A stretch of DNA of 64,000 nucleotides, from NCBI GenBank assembly GCA_965603825.1, contig CBFDEM010000013.1, forward strand, positions 868,001 through 932,000. The letters are read 5' to 3'. Below, piece after piece: positions 11,698 to 25,120 of this stretch. The notes below the pieces were generated by a model, which did no database searches, was not told the origin of the DNA, and saw only the letters and a program-made list of their open reading frames with translations. The translations under genes and the position numbers were made by a program. Position 1 is the first letter of the stretch, and every line of letters starts with the position of its first letter. Source of the DNA: Blepharisma stoltei ATCC 30299. Its lineage: Eukaryota; Protista; Ciliophora.

Positions 11698-12936
11698 TTA
11701 AAAATTAAAGAGTAAGCCTATTACGCAACTAATCGCTGCAAATATCAAATTGTTTGCTGCACTTGGGTCAGCCCACACAAATGAGCTCGAAATTGATCTT
11801 GCAAAACCAATCCTTTCTTCATCCATATCGAAACTTATATAAAAGTTCCTAATAAAACTGTCTCCCAAAAGCCACTGATTTTGACTCAATGGTGAAATTG
11901 GTAGAATATAGATATCATCAATAGCATCATAAAACAGATATTGCCCTATATCGAGAGCATATGAAGTCCCATCAAATACCCAATTCAATATTGGACCATT
12001 AGTGCCTTCAGGGCATACGACTAATCCATCTGACTCTGAATACTTACATTTATGGTTATTTATAAATTCTTTCCAGATCTTTTCGACTGATTTCTTAGGG
12101 CCATAAATAAAGCTCGTCCCAGTATCAATAATAGCCTCATTGCCAGAATCAAGGACTTCATCTCCCATTTTCATACGGTCACAGTCTATTTCCCAGTAGC
12201 CAGGGTTTTTCTTGGTATTTGTGATTAGGTCGACATATGTGAAAGAAGTTTGGTTGGGGAGGGCGTAGGTAGATAAGCTGCTTCCGTCAATCATGAGGTT
12301 AGATGATAGTGATTTGCTCTTCCAGTCGAGGAAAAAGGCAAATTGGCGGTTTTGGATTTGACCTGCTTTTTTAAGAGCAGTAATCAAGCTTGAATAGCCT
12401 TCTCCTAGGCCATCTAGTCCAAATCCTACCAATCCATCTGCTTGGAATCCATCGTTGTCTTCTTCATGGTCAGCCAAAAGAAATGCAAAGCTTTTTGCAG
12501 AAACTGATCCAGTATCTCCAATAGTAATAGTGTCTTCAGCCATAAATCCATCAGTTTCTCCTTTCAAGTAAGTCAACTGCACAGGCTTGGTTAAATTTAA
12601 GTACGTATTCGAATTCTTTGGGTTGAATGTATTATTGCATTTGTGGCAGCTTGAGCAGCCATTTTGTACCACCCAAACAGTTGTGCTGCCTGTATCAAAA
12701 AGACAAGAGAAAGACTGTGGAGGAGTGCCAAGGGTGATGCTTCCATAATATTGAAACTAAATTAATTTTACATTTTCAAAGTTTGTTATTGCAGTCGAAG
12801 AAGTTAGAGACCATTTCTTCTGAGCTTTTGAGTTTCTATAGTGTTCCAAGAATTCATGATAGGTATTGAAAGGAGATTGAAGGTCTATAGAAATTGTGGC
12901 AATAGCCAAAGGAATGAAACCAAAAAGCCATAACAT
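11698..12936 (-). CDS. pepsin-family (A1) aspartic protease 2
   Basis: join(12936..12772,12756..11698); two DTG motifs, signal peptide, hydrophobic C-tail. Confidence 0.92.
12757..12771 (-). other. 15-nt intron GTAAAATTAATTTAG
   Basis: joins NFEN|FQYYG. Confidence 0.9.
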
Positions 12937-13510
12937 TTTTATTAATTCAACATTTGACATGAGAGAATATTATGAAGATATTCAAAAATGATATTTAATT
13001 GGTACTGAGAATTGGCCTGACCTCTTAACCCTGTAGATGATGCTTGATATGGATGGGGAACTTGAGGAAGAGAGTGAAGTGCTTGATATGTGAATCGCTA
13101 GGTTTATAGAAGGAGCACAACAATACTGAACTAATAGCCAAGAGGTGATAGATGCAGGATTTTAAGATTCTAACTAGTTATCTGGCCTCAAAAGAGCTTT
13201 TGCAAGTTGCCTAATTTGTCTTAAAAGATATATAATTTGTGATAGACTGATACTGTCTTAATAAAACGCTGCTAGCCTATCAATAAGGCAAAAAGGTTGT
13301 TGTGGAGTGCCTTAAATTAAGCCAAATTTAAGACATTTTAATAATATATATTCTGCCTCCAAGAGCTTTGATAGATTTATAATATAATCTAAATATTTAT
13401 ATAAAGAGCATAAAAAGAAAACACATATAGGTGCAAAAAAGCAATTGTGAGAGAAAATGCAAGAAAAAACATTTATACCATATGACAAGACAATTACTCT
13501 AAAGCGATGA

Positions 13511-14752
13511 TTAAAAGTTAAAGAGTAAACCTAATACACAGCTAATTGCTGCATATACTAAATTGTTTGCAGAATCATCAACAAGACCAGATGAGCTCAC
13601 TTTTGATCTTGCAAAGCCAATTCTGCTATTGTCCACATCAAAACTGATATAATAATTCCTAATAAAGACATCACCTAAAAGCCACTGATTTTGATTCCAT
13701 GCCTGAATCGGCAGAATATACAAGTCATCAGGCTCATCATAATAAAGATACTGTTTTCCGTTTAATGTGTATTGTTTTCCGTTAAAAACCCAAGTCAATA
13801 TCGGATAATTGCTTTCATTAGGCTTTGTTTTACATAAAACAAGATCTTCTGATTCAGAATATCCGCAGCCACTGATTTCTAAAACTGAATTGTATATAGC
13901 TCTGACAGAACTTACTGGGCCATATATAAAGCTAGTTCCAGTGTCAATAATACAAGGAGAGCCCATATCAAGAGCTGTGCCGTCACATTGGAATTGGTCA
14001 CTGCTGATTTCCCAATAACCAGGGTTAATTTGGGTATCTGTTATGAGGTTTACATAAGTAAAAGCAGTTTCATTGGCATATGTAGCTAAGTCGCTACCAT
14101 CAATCATAAGGTTAGATTTTGGCGACCTGTCGAGCCAATTGAGGAAAAAGGCAAATTGGCGATTTTGAATTTGACCTGCAGTTTTAAGAGCAGTAAGTAA
14201 GCTTGGGTAGCCATCTCCTAAGCTATCTAGTGCAAATCCTACCAGTCCGTCTGCTTGGAACCCATCGTTATCTTCTTCATTATCTGCCAAAAGAAACGCG
14301 AATTTAGTAGCAGAAACTTTCTCATTGTTTCCAATGCTGATGGTGTCTTCAGCCATGAATCCGTCAGTTTCTCCTTTCAAGTAAGACAATTTCGCTGCTA
14401 CTGTTAAGTTCTTATATGTATCGGATTTGTCTGGGGTAAATGTATGCTTGCATTTGTGGCAGGTTTTGCAGCCAGTTTGTACCACCCAAACAGTTGTGCT
14501 GCCTGTGTCGAACACGCATGTGAAAGGCTGTGAAGGAGAGCCTAGACCGATGCTACCGTAATATTGAAGCTAAGTTAATTTTACATTTTCGTAATTTGTG
14601 ATTGGGGTTGAAGGAGAATTAAGGGATGATCTGCTTTTAGCTTTTCCAGCTCTATAGTGATTTAAGTATTCATGGTAGTTCTTAAAAGGAGATTGCAGGT
14701 CTATAGAGATTGTAGCGAAGGCTAAAGAAATTAAACTGCAAAGCCAAAACAT
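13511..14752 (-). CDS. pepsin-family (A1) aspartic protease 3
   Basis: join(14752..14585,14569..13511); FDTGS and IDTGT motifs. Confidence 0.92.
14570..14584 (-). other. 15-nt intron GTAAAATTAACTTAG
   Basis: joins NYEN|LQYYG. Confidence 0.9.
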
Positions 14753-15410
14753 TTTTATTGATTCACCATTTGATCAATATGGATATAAAATTCAATTTTA
14801 TGCAAAAATTAATAGCTTTTAATAAGAATTTATGAATCAACTATCTATAATAAGCCAATTGTGGAAAAAATAAGAGGGTTTTTATTATATAATGGTATAA
14901 GCATAAACTCCTTTCAAGGTAAATCAAATAATGGCATTATAAAGAATTTCAATCAATAATTTTTTGAGTTCTTTTAATGATTCCAAACAATTAGAATAAG
15001 AAAATGCAAATTTAAAATTAAAATAGTCTGCATATGAGCGAGAGATACCCATAGCTAAAGGTAAAAAAGGAATAAAAATTGATATTTTATAAAAAACAGG
15101 AGAAAGGCTTCATTTTGAGGTTTATAATTTATATCGGTCTTTTTCTCATAGGGATTTTATTTTTGTAATAGCATTTCTTAGCAACTCTTTGCATTCCAAG
15201 ACCTTATCAAACCTCTCAAAATATTGGCTAAATGTGCAACCATAAATTTCTTATATTTCTGAAAATGAAATATAATAAGAATAATATTTTTGTATGAGAT
15301 ATCATAAGAAATAATATTTAAGAATTTTGAATTATACAAATCACGGCTTAACTATTAACTAAATTTTAGCTGTTTTTATTTTAGATTTTTTAAATTAATC
15401 TTTAACCTAA

Positions 15411-16628
15411 CTATAGGCTAAAGTAAATTATAGCCGCAATACTCCAGGCTGTAGCAATTAAATTGGAAGCCCCATTTGATGCGCTCGCTATAGATCTTGC
15501 CAGTCCAACTCTCAAATTGTCCATATCAAAAGTGATATAAAAGTTTCTTATAAAGACATCTCCAAGAAGCCAAGATTCTTCCTCATATGGACATATAGGC
15601 AAATAAAAATACCCGCTCCAAGAATCCTCGTAAAAGTATTGCAGCGGCTCCAAAACATAGCTTTTTCCATTAATCGCTAACTCAAAAATCGGGTACTTAT
15701 GATCCTTAGGATTTTTCCAACATCTCACAAGTCCTGACTCTAATTCATACTCACATTCATGGTTACTTAACAATTCACTTTGAATAGCCTGCACAGCTCT
15801 ACTTGGCCCATAAATAAAGCTTGTCCCGGTATCAATTACAACTGGGATTTGCAAATTCAGCTCATTTTCATTAAATTTTACACTATCGCACAAAATTTCC
15901 CAAAAAAAAGGATCAGTGCTAGTTAAATTTACATAAGTAAATTCAGTATCATTTGAGTATTTTTCTAGGTCATACCCATCAATCATTAAGTTAGATTTAG
16001 GAGATTGCCCTAGCCAGTTCAAGAAAAATGCGAATTGGCGGTTTTGGATTTTTCCTTGGTTTTTTAAGACAGAAACCAAAGAAGGATAGCCCTGCCCCAG
16101 ACTGTCAAACGCAAAGCCTGCAAGTCCATCAGGTCTATATCCATCATTATCCTTTTCATCATTAGCTAATAAAAATGCATAATTTTCAGCTGAAACTGAA
16201 GAAGAGTCTCCAATAGAAATAGTTTCGGCTGACATTTGGCCAGCAGTGTAGCCTTTTAAATACTGAATTGAAAGGTCTTCAGATAGGTCTTGGAAGGTTG
16301 AAGAGGCGGATGGGTCAAAAGTATTACTGCAGAGGTGGCAGGTTGTGCAGCCTTTTTCTACAACCCAAACCGTTGTGGAGCCTGTGTCAAATAGACAACT
16401 GAAATTCTGAGGAGGAGTTCCTAAAGAAATTGTCCCATAGTATTGGGCCTATTTTAAGCTTACATTTTGGTAGTTTGATAAAACTGATGAAGAATACCCA
16501 AGTGCCTTTTGCTTTGAGACTAGGCTGATGTAGCGCTTTCAAAACTCGCTGTAAGACTTATAGGGGGAATTCAGCTCTATTGAAATTGAAGCTAAAACAA
16601 GAGGGAGAGACAAGAAGAGAAACCACAT
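15411..16628 (-). CDS. pepsin-family (A1) aspartic protease 4
   Basis: join(16628..16464,16448..15411); UGA=Trp at 16539-16541 (EF-W, same codon as protease 1); FDTGS and IDTGT. Confidence 0.9.
16449..16463 (-). other. 15-nt intron GTAAGCTTAAAATAG
   Basis: joins NYQN|AQYYG. Confidence 0.9.
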
Positions 16629-16956
16629 TTAGAATTTATAAGGACAGCCATAAAATATGGAAACTTTTATATAGCATTGGAATTATGATTTTTGAAGCTG
16701 ATATTAGAGGATTTAAATTATCAAGTATTTTGATTATATTTATCTGCTGCCATTATCTATAATTAATACACATTTATTTAAAATCCATTTTCTAGAATAG
16801 AAGATATTGAGCTTTTTTAATCAAAAGAAACTGTGAATTTATATAAACAGCTTGCTATACAATTTAATCCCTAAATAATCTAAATTTACTTTAAATAATA
16901 ATTTTATAGTAAAATGTATTATTATCTTTAGTATTTATCACACTAAAGGAAAATCT

Positions 16957-17811
16957 TTAGATCGGATTAACCTTATAGTTCAATAAACTCTCGCACACCC
17001 CAGATATAATTTTTTCAGAGTAATCTTGGTATCTTTTGATACCATCCTCTTCCTCACTATTAAGATCATCTATTTTTTCATTTTTATGAACCAAATTTTC
17101 TTCAAGCTTCTTCAAAAATGAAATCCTTTTACTTTTCTTCTCTGAAAAAAGCTGGCTTGGGATACGATCAACCGACCCAGCTCTCCCCAAACTTATTTCT
17201 GACTTAGCTTGCTTCAGCAACTTTGGCAAAAATTTCGCTTCTCTGCTTAAAACTTACAGTTTTTTTATTTCAGTCCCTAAAATACTCTCTGCCCTTAAAG
17301 TATTTGCCTGCTTAGGGAAAATTCCTTTTTCCTCCATCGTCTTAAGCTGGCTCGATACTTTTTCCTGGATTTCTTCATACTGCCCTTTCAAAGCCAGGCT
17401 AACCTTTTTCTTCATTTCCTGCTTTTCTTCTACTGTTAGCTCTTCATTAAAAATTTGTCGATGAGACTTCATAAAAGGCCCTTCTCTGCTTCTCCTTCAT
17501 GAGCTGTTATTTCTATGACAATCAATTCTTGACTTTGAATTTTGAAAAGGTGTATGATTTCTCACCGAAAGATGACTAAAAAACCTCGATAATTCCTCAA
17601 AAGAGTCTGTATGCTGAGTCGGTGACTTTCTTTTTAGCTTAATTTCTGGGGTTTTAAGCTCATATCTATTAACACTCACTTTTGGACGAACCTCTCTTTC
17701 CCTTCTCCCATATGTAGACTTACTCCTCTCCTTTTCAGACTTATCAACCCTTATATGTGGGTTCGGCGACTGGTTCAGTAGGTATACAATTCTCCCTTTT
17801 TTGCTTCTCAT
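16957..17811 (-). CDS. basic, K/E/S-rich hypothetical protein (1 UGA, one 15-nt intron)
   Basis: three track ORFs merge via TGA 17497-17499 and intron 17243..17257 into a 279-aa protein. Confidence 0.75.
17243..17257 (-). other. 15-nt intron GTAAGTTTTAAGCAG
   Basis: removal gives EIKKL-EAKFLPK in frame; A at -6. Confidence 0.8.
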
Positions 17812-17853
17812 AATTTCATGATTTTCTAACAAATTAAAATTATTTTCTATTAC

Positions 17854-20800
17854 TTATAAATGAAGATAAATCAATAGCAGAGCTCCAAAGGTTACAATTG
17901 GGCTAGCTGCTGAGGTAGAGTTGTTGTCTGATGATATTGTCCCTGCTTGGGTAATGATTTGTAATTTTGACATGACGTCGTCGCTCATTATTCTTGGCAG
18001 TCTTGCATTGTTATTTTTTGAGGTAATGACTACGACGTAACTGCTTTCTGGTAACAAGTTTGAATAAGTGATGGTGACAGTTGTATTTACAGCTACTGTT
18101 TGGTTATAAACCATAGTGGCAGGTTTTCCATAAGCGTTAACTCCTAAGGTGACTTGTCGGGAGGATGGGATGACGTCGCCGTCATTGATTATTTGCATAT
18201 AAAGGGTTCCGGCTGTTGCGCATTTCAAAGTTATGGTTACAGCTGTTTTTGTAGTTGTGGTCGCAGAAGGTGCTTCAATCCAAGTCGGCCTTGGGTTTGA
18301 TAATACTGTGATGGACTGAGCTATATTATAAGTCAAGTCCAGCGTAATTCCATAAGCAGATAATCTTTTATTTAGCTCTGATGGAATTGCCATATAGGTA
18401 ACTGAGTCTTGAGGGCTTGGCAAAGAAGAGGTAGGGTCTGAGTATATATAATAGCTAGCTGTAGTATAAGAAGAATCATCTAAATACCTAGAGGTTGGGG
18501 TTATATAAGCAATCAGAGATGAAGATATGGCTAACTGCTGAGCCAGCACATTAATAACGGTCGTTGTAAGTAATGTCGAATTGACAGCTGATGCAAATTT
18601 AAGAGTAATCATAATTGAGTCATAATACTCCGCTGTATAAAAATCAACAGAAAATACACTTTCCATCACATTTTGATTCAAATCTATCAAAATTCCATAC
18701 AAAATATAGTCGTGCTCTGTTGTCAGCCCAGAAATTGTAAACTCGTATATGAAGCTTGCCCCAATGTAGCCTGTATAGTACCCTGCTGTATTATTTGAGG
18801 CATAGCTAATTAGGCTTGTATTAGAAGGCAAAGCCAAACCTCTTTCTCCATAGGTGTAATAGAATATAGAGGCTTCTGTCGCTTGGAATGATATGTCGAC
18901 CATATGCTGTTGCTTTGGATTATTTATCACAAATGAGGCAATTCCAGGGTCAGTTGTGTCATAGTTTGAAATAGTCACGTGGAGGGATGAGCTTGACAGG
19001 TAAAATGAGGCTGCGTCAGTCCCTGCTAATTGGAGAGCTATTGTATATATTCCTACAGTAATGGTTGCACCAACTGTAATGGTAAAGCTGCCTTTTGTAG
19101 ACCCTGCTGCAAATGATAAGGCTGAAACTGTGATTAAACTGGGAGGTGTAAAGGTCACTGATAAACCGCTTGAAGGTGCAGTCTCTAAGTATACATAAAG
19201 TGGGATTGAGGTACTGCCTGTCATAAGTGTAGGAATACCTTCAAAGCTGACTGCATAATTATTTTCATTGCTTATAATTAGTCTAGAAATAGGTGGATCG
19301 TTATATAAGTCATAAGTATCTCCAGTCATTGTCCATTTTATAGTATAATTCCCAGTACTAGAGCCTGTTGGGCACATAACGGTAAAAGCTGAGGATATTG
19401 ACCCTTTGCTAAGATTAATTGATGTAGGCGAAATAGTCACCAAATTTTGAACACCATTTCCTAACAACTGATAAGTAAATACCAAATCAGACCTCACTGG
19501 CATTTTCGTCGAAGAAGTATGTATATAAAACGTAATCTGAGTCCCTGGGGTGATTTCTAACACCCCATCAGCAGTACTAATAATAATATCCTGTTTTTCG
19601 TCTATATAGCTCACAACGTCTCCACTTGATGCAGTTCCATAGCTTCTGTCTACAATTGACATTGTATCCACATTAAAAACTGACATCACAAAAGCCTTGC
19701 TGATTCCTTCTGAAGATGAGGACTTTACATCTTTAAAAGTAGTCTGCAAGTAATAAGAAGACCCAATACTGCCTGACGCCCCTGACATCACAAGTAAATT
19801 GTGGTAAGGGTTAGAACAGGTGACTGAGGATACCCAAGAAGAGGTTGCTGTGGACGTTGCTTTGGAGACTGCAAGGGTTGAGCAGTTATAGGAGTCGCTA
19901 AGACCTGGGAGCTCTCTGTCAAAGTTTTCCATAGGGAACCTGTACCAGATTTGGAACTTGCTTGGAATTGAGGAGAAGGTAGACGTAAATGTATAGGCAG
20001 CTGTTGCAAAAATAGAGTAATTGTCAAGAGAAATAGAGTTAAGAGTTAAAAGGGCTGGAAGATTAGATATTGTCACAGTCAGTGAAGATGTTAATTGATC
20101 AATTACTTTGTTGTTTGCATCAATTGAGACTATTGAAAAGGCGCTTGTGGTTGTTGAGGATATAGGGTTAGGCACATTTTCAATGATGATATTAAAAGCT
20201 GTCCCTGCAGCAGTCTGAGCGAAGCCACTGAGGACTACTCCGCGCATATAAGAAGAGCTGTCACAAGTCAAGGCACCAGTCAGGAGGATACCTGCAGATG
20301 AGGAACACCTTAGCTCGCCCATAAAAGCAGGGTACTCCTTAGGGAACCAAATGACTATTGAAAAAGTAGTATTCAGCTGTGAAGCTGTAGTTAACGAGAA
20401 ATTATAAGTTGCCAATTCAGCCGCATTTTTAGGCCAAAAGTTGACTGTAGCTTGAATAGCAGTTGTCGTTGCTGTATAAGTGTTTAAATAGAATGCGGAA
20501 GACGGAGAACTAGGATTAGTCGACATTGTAAGACTACTCCACATTGACGAAATCTGTATAGGGGATGTACTATTGGTAGGAACTGTTATATCAGGAATTA
20601 TCAGAATCATTTCAATCCCAGCTGGGAAGCTTTTATAAGGTTGAATTGTAATTACATTCCCAGATTTAGAGCAGGATGAGTACTGAAGATTGAATATGCA
20701 ATTGCTGGTATCCATTGTAGATGGTAAAGAAAAACTGCTTGGGACTGTGATAGTAAGGCTTCCTCCATGAGGCACAGAAGAGTCAAGTGAAAAATCAAGC

Positions 20801-23800
20801 AGAAATTGGCCTTTAGTGCCAGCTGACATTGGGAAAAAAGAGAGGGCTGTAATATATACACTCCCAGATACAGCAGCACTCGTCATATTAAAGCCTGTAT
20901 AAGTAGCACTATCAATGGTTAGCGTTGCTGATGAATCATAATAGGTCGTCACTGAAAAAGAGCCACTTGTAGCTGTAGATGGATTTTTGACTGTCAAAAC
21001 TTTTACAGAAAAAGAAGTTCCAGCAGCTATTGTAGTGAATCCTGTAATTTTAATAGTCTGAGAGCTAAAAGTACAGGTTGAAGCACTTGATAATAAATAT
21101 GAATATGAGCAGGTACTGTATACTAAGTCAAAACCACTTGGAAATGTTATTACGATATATCCTCCTGCTGGAATAGAAGTAGGGTTTACTATGGAAAATC
21201 TAAAAGTGACATCTCCTGCAGTCTGATGCATTGAATTGGGAGACACTGAAAGAGTTAAAGTATTATGAGTTGCAGAGGTTAATGATACCGAAGAACTGGC
21301 TTGGACTGCCAAAGTGCTATTTGTTATCATAGTAACTTGAAGATTTCCTGAGCCAGATCCTTCATATGGCCCGTTTTTCATTCCTACAATATTAAGAATG
21401 CTTGAAGCTGAATGGCTTATAACGTCGTCTATTGTCATATAAACTGCTGGCGCATATGAATTCTGGAAAAGGCTGTATTTAGTTATTGGAATTGAGTCAA
21501 TGCTCATAGAAAAGCTTTTGGAATTAATACTCCAGAGAGCCGGGAAAACGATTAATAAGAGATCATAAGCTTGGGAATCTGCTGTAGGAAGCTGTAAGGT
21601 AACATTCAAAGGTGTAACAGTCCCTACAATAGTATTGTCTCTGGATATCGTAGATGTTGTCCATGTAGAGGCTGTACTCGAAAAAGTCACTGAAATAGAA
21701 CTTTGCTGGACAATTTGGGAGACTGAATTGCTGTCTGTATAGCCAGACTTTATAGTTATGCTTGTAGTAGCTAAACTTGCCCCATTTTGGATTAATAAAG
21801 TAAAACTTATAAGTGTCCCTGCTGCAATTGAATCGAAATTTGTAATTTTAACATTAGAAGAACCGCTAGCTGTAGTCAAAGTGCAAGTCACTGAGGCTGT
21901 CTTTAAATCCTTTAGTGTATATGGTGAGCAAGGGATTGAAGTCGCTGTAGAATAGGCATATCCTGTCCCTAACTTGTCTGGGAATGCAGATGAGGTTGGA
22001 AAATCAACTGAGAAAAATAGTTTCCTGTTATTTACTATAGTAAGAGCTTGATCAACTTGGATGCTAAAAGTATAAGGATAATAAATGCTGACAGCCTTAG
22101 AATATGAAATTCCTGTTTTTCCAGCAGAAGTATCGAATGCTTTTGGATTTAGAGTTGTTTGAAGAGTAGTCAATGATTGGCTACCTATTTTGATAACCCA
22201 TTCGAGAGGATGAGATTTAGAGCTTGCAAGTGTAGGATAATTGAATCCAAGAGCTGGGGCTATTTTAATGGTTGAAGCTATACTAGAGCCAGTATAAGTT
22301 GTTTGGAAATAAATAGACTGACCACTTCAAGTTGGAGAAGAAATAGTGGTCAAAGCAGCATTGCTGCTATCCAACCATGTTAGCGTTATTATATCTCCTG
22401 CCGTAATGCTGCAATCGCTCGGCATATAAATAGTAAAACTTTCTATGCCTGAATATGTACGAGTCAGGCCAATAGTAGCATAGCCAGTTCCTCCAGCATT
22501 GTTCTGGTATGTAAATGAAGTAGATGTAGGTTGGGATCCAGAATACGATGACGCCAATGTAAAGCCCCAGGTTGCTGAATTTGTATCTATAGTCATTGAA
22601 CTTGAATTAATCGTAACTGACGTCGTTATTGTTGCAGAAGTGATACTAGATGATCCAACAGTTAATAAATTTGCAACTGAAATAGTTTTTCCTGCATCTA
22701 TTGCTCCAAAGTTACTTATTGTAGCAACAGTCCCACTCACTGCGCATGAATAAAAGCTTCCATCAGTTTTGTTAGGCAATCCACTTACAATATAGCAAGA
22801 GCTTGAATCTAAGGTTGCTTTATAATCAATAGTAATAGTTCCCCCTACGGGCACTGCAGTTTGAGTTGTAAAATTCAGTAATGTATATAATGTATTTCCG
22901 CTAGAAAAGTCACTCCCACTTGTATAGGGGTCATGTGAGATTGAGCTTATTACACCTGCTGGGACTGCAAGACTAGATATTGATGCCCTGTCGACGATAA
23001 TTTCTGAGTTCGGCATTATTGTTTGGACTATGAAATTTGCTGCACTAGCAGACAAGCTGTAATAGGGATTCATAATTGAAGTCACTTTAATCCCGACTTG
23101 AACGCCTGAGGCTAAATTTTGAGAAAGACCTGATAAAGTGAGGATGTTTCCTGAGCTTGTGCATGTATAAGTGCCAGGAATCACAGCGACCCCTGTTGAA
23201 TAAGCTACAGGAATGCATGAGGTAGTTGAAGTTATTGAAAAAGGGCTTGGGATAGTTATCGTAAAAGTAGAGCCAGCTGATAGAGAGCTGGCAAGCGTAA
23301 AAGTAAATGTATAGTCACTAGTTTTTGTCAGTGCAATCGTGGTTGAGGTTACTGCCCCAGTCATCGAGGTTACTGACTTAGCAAACCCGATTACCCCAAA
23401 AGCATCGTTAGAATCAATGATTTGTCCTCCATTATGCATTTGTGAGTAGATTGTAAAGTATCCAGTTCCCATAGAGCTTGATGGATTAGTTATATTTGGA
23501 ACTTTTACCCTTAAGCGGGTAACTGAAGAGATTGTTGATGAGAGGGTGATTGTGACAATAACATTGTTTGATTCAGAGCAGGAGTGGACTACATCATTGA
23601 TTAAACAGCTTTGCCCAGTGCCCATGCCTATATCTGAAAACTGGCTTGGGAAAACTATGATTAAATAGTCGCCTGCTGAGATTCCTTGCTCGATCTCCAT
23701 GAAAAACCAATAATCGACTCCAGTTTCACCCGCGTTTGCAGAGGAAGGAGAGACTGGATTAGGCTTGGAAGTATCTGCAATAAGATAAGAGTTTGCCAGG

Positions 23801-23832
23801 CTGAATAAGAAGATAAACAGATATCGAACCAT
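17854..23832 (-). CDS. giant (~1992 aa) Ser/Thr-rich surface protein with repeated beta-sandwich modules, signal peptide and GPI-like tail
   Basis: ORFs 22327..23832 and 17854..22173 are one frame separated only by TGA at 22327-22329; recurring Y-x-F-x-F...G-x-x-I-x-I-x-FP motifs. Confidence 0.88.
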
Positions 23833-24278
23833 TTTATGTTTGTTAGACGATCAAATTTATTAAAAAATTCAGTTTTTTTTGTACTGCTGAAGAAGGGAGA
23901 GATAATAAAGACTGATTAAATTAGAAGAAATAAAATATTGAATTTGCGGAAGCTGCAAAACTTAGTTTTCAAGATTGAGAAGTTTGAATTTGGCTCCTGA
24001 AAAAGCCATATTATGAATTAAAAAAAACAACCCGACAGATTATTTGAAAAAGTATGATAGTGGATTACTGAAAATATAATTAATGCGAAAATAGAATCTC
24101 TGAAATTTGTAGATTTTATAGTGAATTTATTTTGATAATTAATAAACTAAATTAATTTATTAATTAAATTATTGTAGTAAAAGCTTATTATATTTCAAAA
24201 CCTTTTTGCTTTTGACAAGAATTTAATAGACAAATATAAATTTCTAATATATATTTCACTTAAACAATTTCTTATAAT

Positions 24279-25022
24279 ATGAATTTTTGGGAGCTGGAGA
24301 TAGCCGATGAAATTCCCAGCATTTTAAAAAATCGTGAACTCCATGGGACCACTGACATCTATTATATAGGAATAGTTGGATATCCAGGAATTGGCAAAGT
24401 AATTTCTAAATAGACAGTTTCAGCTGATTTTCTCAAAAAAGAAATCAACTCACGTCTAGAAAATCTTTATCCTTCTCCTTATGTTTTCACAGAGTTTTGC
24501 AAGGTAATCCCAATGGATGGATTTCATCTCTACAAATACGAGCTTGACGATATGCCAAATCCTAAAGAAATGCATTTTCGAAGAGGGGCGCATTTTACAT
24601 TTGACCCTCAAAATCTCTATTACAAACTTTCCCATTTAAAACTAGGAAACCACCCTATAAACTTCCCTTCATTTTCACATACACTTGACGATCCTCAAGA
24701 AGATACTATACAAGTTGATCCAAATATTGTGAAAGTTGTAATTATTGAAGGACTGTATTTATACTGTGAGCTGCCTATTTGAAAAGAAATAAGGGAAATT
24801 ATTGATTATAAAATTTATATAGATGGGAATTTAGATGAGGCAATGGATAGAGTTGTGCAAAGAAATGCAAGATGTTTAAATATGAGCCTTGAAGAAACGG
24901 CGTATAAGGTACAGCATAATGATAGGCTGAATGCAGGGGTTGTGGAAGAATCAAGGAGATATGCAGATAAAGTTTTTAGGTATCAGGAAAAACCAAGAGA
25001 AATTTTGAGGCTATATGAATAA
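24279..25022 (+). CDS. P-loop kinase of the uridine kinase/pantothenate kinase (YFH7-like) family
   Basis: join(24279..24398,24414..25022); Walker A GYPGIGK|T, MDGFHLY, RRGAHFTFD, IIEGLYL; UGA=Trp at 24780-24782. Confidence 0.88.
24399..24413 (+). other. 15-nt intron GTAATTTCTAAATAG inside the Walker A motif
   Basis: removal reconstitutes GxxGxGKT. Confidence 0.92.
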
Positions 25023-25120
25023 AATTAAAATATAATTTAATTATAGCTCAATAATATTATTGCTATTTTATAAGCTAATTATTAAAGGTTTTAACTTTCA
25101 TTTTTGAGTTTAATTTTAAT

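Noticed and set aside
13030-13170. Short purine-rich ORF between proteases 2 and 3
   Set aside because: About 40 codons with no recognisable motif.
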